NCBI RefSeq assembly: GCF_009914755.1
Contig: NC_060938.1
From: the human T2T-CHM13v2.0 reference genome, Homo sapiens
Reading direction: 5' to 3' (one strand)
DNA: 64,000 nt
Each line of letters starts with the position of its first letter. Positions within the stretch are counted from its first letter, which is position 1. The translations under genes and the position numbers were made by a program. Below are positions 42,286-54,300 of the stretch, piece by piece. Under the pieces are notes generated by a model, which saw nothing but the letters and a program-made list of their open reading frames with translations, did no database searches and was not told where the DNA came from.

Positions 42286-43793
42286 GGTATTTAGTTATTT
42301 TCAAATGTTTTTATATGTGTATATATTTTTTAAAAACTATGTATTTTGGATATACAAAGGATTTTTAAGTCATATATATGTGTGTATATATTCTATATAT
42401 CCTTTGTCATGTATCTATATCTGTACATATAGGAGAAAGCCATGTTCTTAATTCAACTCCATTTGCCTGCAACAGTCGAGTAGTGACCTTCACAATGGCC
42501 TCAATCCAAAGGAGAAGCATTTGATATTTTTCATAAGAATTGATGATCTTTCCATATCAAAACTAAGTTTTGCTACTAAAAACAAATTTTCTAGTTTTTG
42601 GACATTAGTTTTGTTAAAAAATGTTAATAGAGAAGTCAATTGATGGTTTTCACTGATAGGAAAGTAGGAAATGTATAGTTGGGTCAGAGGCCACATTGTG
42701 GATGTCATCATCCTTACTTTTGTGGAGAGGAACACTTTGCTCCAAGTAATTTCTCATTTCAATGTAAAGAGGTTTGAAAACAATGACATGCCATGATATA
42801 CATTTAGTGATAATTTATTGATAAGTATTTTGTTCCTAGAGAAATAGTTGAGTATATTTCCCCTATTTCACAGTTACTACTGTTTCAAACATTATAAAGA
42901 GGAAATAAAAGTTATCACAATGACAAATAATCTCATGATTTCTAAGAAAATCTCTATAAGTTGCATCTTACTTACCATTCATATTTTGAAACAAAAGGCT
43001 TCTTTTGTATTTATATATTTACACCACAGAAGTAACTGTGGTTTTGTGGAGGATCACTAGAAGTAGCATCAGCAGACCTGGGGAAAATCCTGCATCTTGT
43101 ATATATTTTTTGACTTCTCCTTTTAAGAATCACGATCTTAAATGAGTTCAGTGTTGTATGTAGGAGTGCAATGCTTAGATACAGATGTGTACAGTGTAGA
43201 AGGGTACAGTGCTTAGATTTAAGTTATGAATAAATATAATTCTTATAACTGAGTATAAAAATATTAGAAATGTAGAATATCGGTAAAACGTTCTTCAGTA
43301 AAAGAAACTTAAAGAACTTTGAGAAATTGCTTCTGTCCAAATATATGCATAGCTAAGGCTCTTAGGATGGTGTGGTTGATAGGTTAGATATCAGAGTATA
43401 AACCTAATCTTAAAAATATAGTCAAATGTATTAATCTTATATTTTATGCCTCTGGGTTTTTTGTAACTCAGAGAAAGGCTTTTTTAATTCTGAGATTCTT
43501 AAAAATCCTCTAGTGATTTATTTTTCATAGTCTTTAAATAAATATTTAAACTTTTAGGAATTCAGGAGCAGATTCCTAAAAGTTTAAATCTTTATTTAAA
43601 GACTATGAAAAATAAATCACTGGAGGAATTTACACTCTGCTAGGTTTGGAGTTTTGTCCAGTTTTTTCCAGTTAAATATCCACTATGGGGATTCTTTCAT
43701 TATACAAATACAGATGTTATTTTTTAATTTCAGAAGAAATCATGGTATATCAATCTATTGAGTGCTAACTAAAAGTTCCCTTTGTTTACTTAG

Positions 43794-45122
<1,329 letters not shown>

Positions 45123-45717
45123 GTGGACGCTGACTTAGTTGCATTACACCCTTTCTTGACAAAACCAAACTTCGCAGAAAGCCACATGAGATTGGTATGG
45201 CTTTAATTGTTTTCTTATTTCATTTTTTGTTTTGTTTTTTATTGGCTTGACTCAGGATTTAAAAACTGGAATGGTGAAGGCGAGAGCAGTTGGTTGGAGT
45301 GAGCTTCCCCCAAAGTTCTACAATGTGGCTGAGGACTTTGATCGTACATTGTTTTTCTTTTCAATAGTCATTCCAAATATTGTGAGATGCATTGTTTCAG
45401 GAAGCCCCTTGCCCTTCTAAAAGCCACCCCACTTCTCTCTAAGGAGAATGGCCCAGTCCTCTCCCTAATTCACACAGGGGAGGTGATGGCATTGCTTTCA
45501 TGCAAATTACGTAATGCAGAATTTTTTGAATCTTTGCCTAAATACTTTTTAATTTTGTTTTATTTAGAATGATCAGCCTTCGCGGCCCCCCTTTTTTGTA
45601 CCCCAACTTGGGGTGTATGAAGGCTTTTGGTCTCCCTGAGAGTGGCTGGAGGCAGCCAGGGCTTACCTGTACTCTGACTTAAGGAGAGTTGGAAAAAAGT
45701 GCACACCTTAAAAAAAA
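45123..45717 (+). other. ACTB-derived 3'UTR and poly(A) remnant of the retrocopy
   Basis: gacttagttgcattacaccctttcttgacaaaacc...aagtgcacaccttaaaaaaaa matches the recalled ACTB 3'UTR. Confidence 0.85.
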
Positions 45718-45720
45718 TTC

Positions 45721-46090
45721 AATGAGGAAGCATTAACAAAAACAGTATTTCTGTACAGTGGACAGCTTAGCATGTTGACAACTGAGAATAAAATGCTCAG
45801 TTCTGAACTGGACAATGTAAGACACAACGACGAAACACTGGAAATGGAAATTCAATTACATCATTGTAGACTGGCTACTGCTCTACATGATTGTGACCAA
45901 AGTCAGAGAGCTGAAAGAGACTTCTTTCCAGAGAACAAGACATGAACAGGTTTATTTACAGAAGACAATGAATTCTCATTTGTCTAACCTAAAAGATTAC
46001 AGAATCTTTCTCAACAAGTCTAATGTAGACAGTAAAATCAACAGGCTAAAAATTAAGTTCCATGAAACAAGATAAAACTCTGAGAGAAAA
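45721..46090 (+). pseudogene. Continuation of the ancestral ANKRD26/CCDC144-like coiled-coil exon interrupted by the actin insertion
   Basis: Reads [67 protein letters not shown], then frameshifts; resembles ANKRD26 NEETLTQTISQYNGRLSVLTAENAML. Confidence 0.75.
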
Positions 46091-48600
46091 GATGGGGCAG
46101 GCCGCCATCTTTCCCGTTCGGGCAACTTAGTCATTCCAGCCTGAGGGCTTTGGAGAGTACAAACTGACCAGGGAAAGAAGAGATCCCAGAGCACAGCATA
46201 GCTGCTTTACCAAATCATGGCCAGACTGCTTCTGTAAGCAGGCCCCTGATCCTGTTCCACCTCACTGGACAGGACCTCCCAACTGGGGCCTCCAGCTACC
46301 CCCACCAGCATCCCTTGGCCAATGGAAATTTGAAATGTTCCTGGGACAGAGCTCCTGGAGAGAGGGGCAGGCCACCACCTTTGCTGTTTGGGTGACTAGC
46401 CGTTCTGGCCTGCAGGCTTTGGAGAGCCCAAGCTGACAAGGGGTAGAAGAGGTGCCTCAGCACAGCACAGCCACGCTACGAAAACATGGCCAGACTCTTG
46501 TTTAAGTCAGTCCCCGAACACATTTCTAGTCAGTGGGTGAAGTCTTTCAACCAGGGTCTCTGGCTACCTTGACTGCTGTTCTCTGGCCGACAGAGGTCTC
46601 AGGCCTCCCTGAGTCAGAGCTCCCGGGGGGAGGACCAGATTGTCATCTTTGCTGTTTGGGTGACCCAGCCATTTCAGCCTTAGGGCTTCAGAGTGTCTGA
46701 GGTAGCCAGGGGCTGAAGTGAACCCCCAGCACAGCACAGCTGCTCTATAAAAACGTGGCCAGACTTTTTCTTTAAGCAAGTCCCTGTTCTTATTCCTCCT
46801 GACTAGGTAAGACTTCTCAACTTGCCTCCAGCCACATCTTATTGGTGTGTTCAGATTGGCAACAGGTTCGTACCTCAGTGGTACAGAGCTCCCAGAGGAA
46901 GGGGTAGGCTATCATCTTCCCTGGAAAATACGAGTCAATTAGGGACTTGAGGGGACCCCCAGCATTCCACAGCAGCCCTTCAGAAAAGTGGCCAGACTCT
47001 GTACTTGATGGGCAGATCCTCCTGGCCTGTGTCTCTAGCCAGCCCACCACTGGAGCTATCAAGCCAGTAGCAACTCAGCAGTTCCTTGGACAGAGCTTCC
47101 AGGAGCAAATGAAATCCTTTCTGCCACTGCCTTTGCAGTGAACTGCCCTTGCTATCCTCAGAAGATATATCACGGGAGCAAAGACCCTAAGTGCCATATC
47201 AACACCTCCAATAAGCTGCAGTTGACCCAAAGAACAAGCCAATCCATCTCCCATAGGTACCACACACACTCCACTACTCATCACCAGACAGGGAACCCTG
47301 GCTTGGGCCCACAGCACAGACCCTCCATCCTGGGCCGATTACACTGAGTGATTGCTAACTCACATGTCTCTGGGATGGAGCACCCAGGAGACAAGCAAAG
47401 TGGTGGAGCAGCAAGTCAGGTGATGTGGAGCCCAGAGGGCAGGGACAGCTATCTCTCTAGGCTCCACTTGCCCTTGTGAGACACTTTGTCCCAGCACTTT
47501 AGGAATGCTGAGGTCAGACCAGCCACATCTCATGTGCAAGATTGCCCAGCAGACATCAGGTCTGAGAGTTCCCCTTTTAAAAAAGGGGACTTGCTTAAAA
47601 AAGAAGTCTAGCCACGATTGTGTAGAGCAGCTGTGCTGTGCTGGAGATTCACTTTTGAGAGAGTTCTCCTCTGAGACCTGATCTTTAGAGGCTGGGCAGT
47701 CTTGCACATGAGATGGGGCTGGTCTGATCTCAGCACTCCTTAGTCTGCTTGCCTCTCCCAGGGCCCCAGCCTGGCCACACCTGCTTACAGGGCACTCTCA
47801 GATGCCCATACCATAGTTTCTGTGCTAGTGGACCGTACCATATCAGTGGAGAGCTGCAGCAAGGTGGCCCCTACGGCCACGCACCAGCCTGCACATTACC
47901 TCTCCATACTGCAGCCCTTTATATGGAAACTTCCTACATCACTTTGCTGTGTGTGTTTACACAGGTGGATTTTGCTTTACTTGCACTGACAGCACACAGG
48001 AGGGCAGCACACACCCCAACCCACATCAACTGCCATTAAAGAAAAGAAATTTCAGCCCATAATTTCATGTCCAGCAAAATTAGGCATCATAAGTGAAGGA
48101 GAAATAAGATCCTTTTCAGACAAGCAAATGCTGAGGGAATTCAATATCACCAGATCTACCTTACAAGAGCTCCTGAAGGAAGCACTAAATATGGAAAGAA
48201 AAAACCATCACCAGCCACTACAAAAATGCAGTGAAGAACGCAGTGAATTACGCAGTCCAGTGATGCTAAAAACCAACCACATACGTTAAGTCTGCAAAAT
48301 AACCAGCTGACAGCATGACGACAGGATAAAATCCACACATACCATTACTAACCTTAAATGAAAATGGGCTAAATGCTCCCATTGAAAGACACGGGGCAAG
48401 CTGGATAAAGAACCAAGACCCACTGGAGTATGCTGTCTTCAAGAAACCCATCTCACATGCGGTGGCATACATAGGCTCAAAATAAAGGAATGGAGAAAAA
48501 TATTTCAAGCAAATGGAAAACAGAAAAAAGCAGGTGTTGCACTCCTACTTTCTGACAAAACAGACTATGCGAATAAAGATAAAAAAGAGAAGGACATTAC
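46090..48600 (+). mobile_element. Rearranged older L1 (repetitive 5'UTR-like region plus ORF1 end/ORF2 start)
   Basis: Repeated cagcacagc...tggccagact motifs; ORF1 end gaaggagaaataagatccttttcagacaagcaaatgctgagg; ORF2 start atgacgacaggataaaatccacacata. Confidence 0.65.
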
Positions 48601-48603
48601 AAA

Positions 48604-49720
48604 GGTGGTCCTGACCTTTGATAAATCTCATTGCTTGATACCAACCTGGGCTGTTTTAATTGCCCAAACCAATAGGATAATTTGCTGAGGTTGTGGAGCT
48701 TCTCCCCTGCAGAGAGTCCCTGATCTCCCAAAATTTGGTTGAGATGTAAGGTTGATTTTGCTGTACAACTCCTTTTCTGAAGTTTTACTCATTTCCAAAA
48801 AGGAAGGCAAGTTTTCCTGCTTCCATGACGATGGAGAGCAGGCATCTCCTTTCCTGAGTTTCAGCTTGCTTCTGACAGGGAAGGTGAGTGTAAGTTTTTT
48901 CCAGCTTCTAAGATGGCAGAGAACGATCACCAGCCTGAGCCTTATTTCCAGGTAAGTAGCTGAATTAGAGTTTTGTCTTAAAATTTTTCCTTAATGAATA
49001 AAATGTAAGATTACCCACCAGCTGCTTTTAATTTCTCCTTAGCATTAGAACACTCAGTAATCATATGAATTGTGCATTTGTTTGTTTTGCTTAACTCTTT
49101 CTGTTTGTTTATGTTTGGGGTTTTATTGTTGTTGTTTCACTTTTCTCCCATCTCTTCCTGACTTGGTCAAATCCAAAGGAATCTTCCAAATTGTGGGGAG
49201 CAAGGCATCTGAAATGGCTAAAACTCCTGTGGCTGCAAAAAATAAAAATAAAAAAAAATATATAAAAAAATAAACACACACAAAAAATGAAAAACAAAAA
49301 CAAAAAACACAAAAAAGCCAAAAGAAAAAACCCCCAAAAAAAACAAAAAAAGGCAAAACAACAACAACAACAACAACAACAAAAAAAAAAACCCAAAAAA
49401 CAAACAAAAAAAAAACACAGAAAATCCAGTTGGAAATTTTTTAAAACTTTTTTTTTATATAAGTGGTCTCATCTACATAACAAGGCCATCTTTTGCTAGC
49501 AAAGGCCAAACTGAAGGAGTAATGGTGGGGACCGAATGTTAAGATTCTGCCCTGTTCACTACAGAAACCTGAGTTTGGTTCCTAAGTCTAGTTCTTTCTG
49601 TTTGATATTTGTGTTGCTTTTAAAATATCAGCAGTTTGTCCCAGCTATGATGTGGTAGTAAGAGACTCAAAACGATTTTCTTTACAAGTTCTATGATAAA
49701 AGCTTAATTAAAAGAAAATT
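48604..49720. mobile_element. Probable ERV internal fragment containing an A-rich tract
   Basis: Abrupt break from L1 ORF2; sequence resembles ERV1-class internal regions; family not confirmed. Confidence 0.35.
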
Positions 49721-49721
49721 T

Positions 49722-51336
49722 GTTTTTTTAAAATTATACTTTAAGTTCTGGGGTACATGTGCAGAACATACAGGTTTGTTACGTAGGTATAATATACACA
49801 TGCCATGGTGGCTTGCTGCATCCATCAACCCATGATCTGCATTAGGTATTTCTCCTAATGCCATCCCTCTCCTAGCCCCCCACGCTGACAGGCCCTGGTG
49901 TGTGATATTCCCCTTCCTGTGTCCATGTGTTCTCATTTTTCAACTCCCACTTATGAGTGAGAACATGTGTTTCTGTTCTTGTGTTAGTTTGCTGAGAATG
50001 ATGGTTTCCAGCTTCATCCATGTCCCTGCAAAGGACATGAACTCATCCTTTTTTATAGCTTCATAGTATTCCGTAGTGTATATATACCACATTATCCAGT
50101 CTGTCACTGATGGGCATTTGGGTTGGTTCCAAGTCTTTGCTGTTGTGAACTGTGCCGCAGTAAACATACGTGTGCATGTGTCTTTATATTAGAATGATTT
50201 ATTATTTTTTCAGTATATACCCAGTAATGGGATTGCTGGGTCAAATGTATTTCTAGTTGTAGATCCTTGAGGAATCGGCACACTGTCTTCCACAATGGTT
50301 GAAATAATTTATACTCCCAGCAAGAGTGTAAAAGCATTCTTATTTCTCCACGTCCTCTCCAGCATGTGTTGTTTCCTGATCTTTTAATGATGGCCATTCT
50401 AAGTGGTGTGAGATTGTATCTCATTGTGGTTTTGATTTCCATTTCTCTAATGACCAGTGATGATGTGCTTTGCTTCACGTGTTCTTTGGCTGCATAAATG
50501 TCTTCTTTGGGAAGTGTCTGTTCATATCATTTGCCCGCTTTTTCATGGGGTTGTTTATTTTCTTGTAAATTTGTTTAAGTGCTTTGTAGATTCTGCATAT
50601 TAGCCCTTTGTCAGATGGATAGATTGCAAAAATTTTCTCCCATTCTGTGTGTTGCCTGTTCACTCTGATGATAGTTTGTTTTGCTCTGCAGACACTCTTT
50701 AGCTTAATTAGATCCCATTTGTCAATTTTGGCTTTTGTTGCCATTGCTTTTGGTGTTCTAGTGATGAGGTCTCTGCCCATGCCTGTGTCCTGAATGGTAT
50801 TGCCTAACACAAGGACATTTCTGTGCCTGAATGCCATACCACCCAAAGTTATTTATAGATTCAGTGCTATCCCCATCAAGATACCACTGACTTTTTTCAA
50901 AAAATTAGAAAAACTACCTTAAATTTCATATGGAATCAAAAAAGAGTCCGCATAGCCAAGACAATCCTAAGCAAAAAGAACAAAGCTGGAGGCATCACAG
51001 TACCTGACTTCAAACTACTCTACAAGGCCACAGTAACGTAAACAGCATGGTACCGGTACAAAACCAAGTATATAGACCAATGGAACAGAACAGAGGCCTC
51101 AGAAATGACACCACACTTGTAAAACCACAAGATCTTTGACAAAACTGACAAAAGTAAGCACTGGGGAAAGGATTCCCCATTTTATAAATAAATGGTGTTA
51201 GAAAAACTGGCTAGCCATATGCAGAAAACCGAAACTGGGCCACTTCCTTACACTTTATATACAAAAATTAACTTAAGAAGGATAAAAGAGTTAAATGTAA
51301 GACCTAAAAGCAAAAAACCTAGAAGAAAACATAGGC
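49722..51336 (-). mobile_element. L1PA with 5' inversion (minus-strand 3' part to about 50805; plus-strand ORF2 part about 50841-51336)
   Basis: T-tract and aattatactttaagttctggggtacatgtgc at left; both pieces break at the same L1 position (gaagaaaacataggc / taggcaataccattcagg). Confidence 0.85.
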
Positions 51337-51339
51337 CAC

Positions 51340-54300
51340 CAACCTCAGGGGAAATATACTTGTAGTGAAATGCATGGTACAAACGCGCATTCCCTGCTTC
51401 CTTGAGTGGGTGAGGTTGGTGGCTGGTCCATCTGCTCCAAGCGTACCCTTACAGAGGTGGCTGGTTGCTCTTTGAGGCAGCTTGGCCTTGCCTGGCATGC
51501 ACAAGCTTCAGTGCAACAACTGTGCTATAAATGGAGCCACATAGGGGAAATGAGCAGCAGGCTTAGGACCAGGGTGTACACTGCCTTTGGGGCTCCAGTC
51601 CGTGCCTCAGGGATGGTATGGCACTGCGAGCTTCTTGGTTGCCAAGAGGCAGATCACAGGCCGTTTTGAGAAGGACTTCATGTTCAACTGCAGAAAGCAG
51701 CCAGGATTACCATCTAGGGTACTTGTCCTTCTGTGGCCCTGGCCAGACTTAGAATTTGGGCCAATGCAGGACAAGCTCACTCGGAGCTGTGTGGCAGTCG
51801 CTCGGGCGTGTGCATGCCAGGCAAGGGCAAGCTGGCTCAAAAAGCAACAAGCCACCTATTCGAGGGTGGACCTGCAGCAGGTAGACCAACCACAAACCTC
51901 ACTTAACCAAGGAAATACATGGCCTGGTTCCCACAGCCCGAGTGGCTGCCACGTGATGGCTGATAGAGCAGAGGATTTCAGAAAAGCAGATGGCCCTTTG
52001 GTCCTACCTTTAGGGTAGAAGAACTGATGTGCCATTTGCGGGAGCGAGTGAGGTTGGTGGCTGGAGAACCGGTTCCTGGCACACCGTGGCAGAGTTGACT
52101 GGTTGCTCTTTGAGCCAGCTTGGCCTTGCTCGGCCTGCACAAGCCTCAGTGCAACAACTGTGCTATGAATGGAGCCACAGAGAGGAAACAAGCAGCAAGA
52201 TCAGGAGCAGGGTGTACGCTGCCTTTCAGGCTCCAGTCCATGACTCAGGGGTCATATGGCACTGCAGGCTTCTTGGTTGCCAAGAGGCAGACCACAGGCC
52301 GTCTTGAGGAGGACTTTACATTCAAGTGCAGAAAGCAGCCAAGATTACCGTCCGGGGGACTCGGCCTTCTGTGGCCCTGGCCAGACTGAGAATTTGTGCC
52401 AAGGCAGGACAAGCTCACTCGGAGCAGCGTGCCAGTCGCTGGGGCCTATGCATGCTAGGCAAGGCCAAGCTGGCTCAAAGAGCAACCAGCCACCTGTTCA
52501 AGGGTGCGCCTAGAGCAGGCAGAGCATCCACCACCTCACCCACTGAAGGAAGTGGGGATGGCCAGCTTCCCACAGCTTGATTGGCTGCCACCTAATTGCT
52601 GATGGAGCAGAGGCCTTAGGAAAAGCAGATGGCACTGTGGCCCTACCTTTAGGGTAGAAGAAGTGAAGCACATGTCTGGCTGCTAGTTGGTGACTGGTGC
52701 ACCTGCTCAAGGCACACCCTTGCAGAGGCGGCTGGTTGCTCTTTGAGGCAGCTTGGCCTTGGCCGGCATGCCCAAGCTTCAGTGCAACAACTGTGCTACA
52801 AATGGCGCCATATAAAAACGAGCAGCAGGCTCAGGAGCAGGGTGTGCACTGCCTTTGGGGCTCCAGTCCATGCCTCAGGCGTCATATGGCACTGTGGGCT
52901 TCTTGGTTGCCAAGAGGCAGACCACAGGCTGTCTAGAGGAGGACTTTATGTTCAAGTGTAGAAAGCAGCCAGGATTGCCACCCAGGGCACTCGGCCTTCT
53001 GTGGCCCTGTCCAGACTTAGAATTTGTTCCAAGGCAGGACAAACTCACTTGGACCAGCGTGTTAGTACCTGGGGCCTGTGCATGGCAGGCAAGGCCAAGC
53101 TGGCTCAAAGAGCCACCAGCCACCTGTGCAAGGGTGTGCCTGGACCAGTTGGACCAGCCACCAAGCTCACCCACTCAAGGAAGCAGGGATGGCGAGATTA
53201 CAACAGCCTGAGTGGCTGCCACCTGATGGCTGATGGAGCAGAGGCCTGAGGTAAATCAGATGGCACGTTTAACTCTTTAATGGATCTTAAGTTAATATTT
53301 CTATAAAGCACATGGCACCAGTCCATGCCTCAGAGTTCGTACGGCACTGCGGACCACAGCAGGCCGAGTCCCCTGGGTGGCAATCCTGCCTGCTTTCTGC
53401 ACTTGAACATAAAGTCCTCCTCAAGACGGCCTGTGGTCTGCCTCTTGGCCCTACATTTAGGGTAGAGGAAAGGATGTACCATGTCTGGCAGGGAGTGAGG
53501 TTGGTGGCTGGTCCGCCTTCTCCTGGCCCAGCCTTGCAGAGGTGGCTGGTTGCTCTTTGAGCCAGCCTGGCTTTGCCTGGCGTGCACACAGCTCAGTGCA
53601 ACTACTCTGCTACAAATGTAGCCACAGAGAGGAAACGAGCAGCAGGCTCAGGAGCAGGTTGTGCATTGCCTTTGGGGCTCTAGTCCATGCCTCAGGGGTC
53701 GTGTAGCACTGCGGGCTTCTTGGTTGCCTAGAGGCAGACCACAGGCCGTCTTGAGGAGGACTTCATGTTCAGGTGCAGAACGCAGCCAGGATTACCATCC
53801 AGGGGGGCCTTCTGTAGCCCTGGCCAGACCTTGCAGAGGTGGCTGGTTGCTCTTTGAGCGAGCTCGGCCTCCCTGGCATGCACAGGCCCCAGGTACTAAC
53901 ACGCTGCTCTGAGTGAGCTTGTCCTGCCTTGGCTGCCACCTAACTGCTGATGGAGCAGTGGCCTTAGGAAAAGCAGATGGTGCTGTAGCCCACCTTTAGG
54001 GTAGAAGAAGTGATGTACCATGTCCGGCCGCTAGATGGTGACTGGTGCACCTGCTCCAGGCATACCCTTGCAGAGGTGGGTGGTTGCTCTTTGAGCCAGC
54101 TTGGCCTTGCCCGGCATGCACAAGCTTCAGTGCAACAACTGTCCTACAAATGGAGCCACAGAGAGGAAACAAGCAGCAAGCTCAGGAGCAGGGTGTGCAC
54201 TGCCTTTGGGGCTCCAGTCCATGCCTCGGGTCGTATGGTACTGCAGGCTTCTTGGTTGCCAAGAGGCGGACCACAGGCCTTCTTGAGGAGGACTTTACGT

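Noticed and set aside
49070-49499. Phe/Leu/Cys-rich and Lys/Gln-rich ORFs
   Set aside because: Low-complexity A-rich tract
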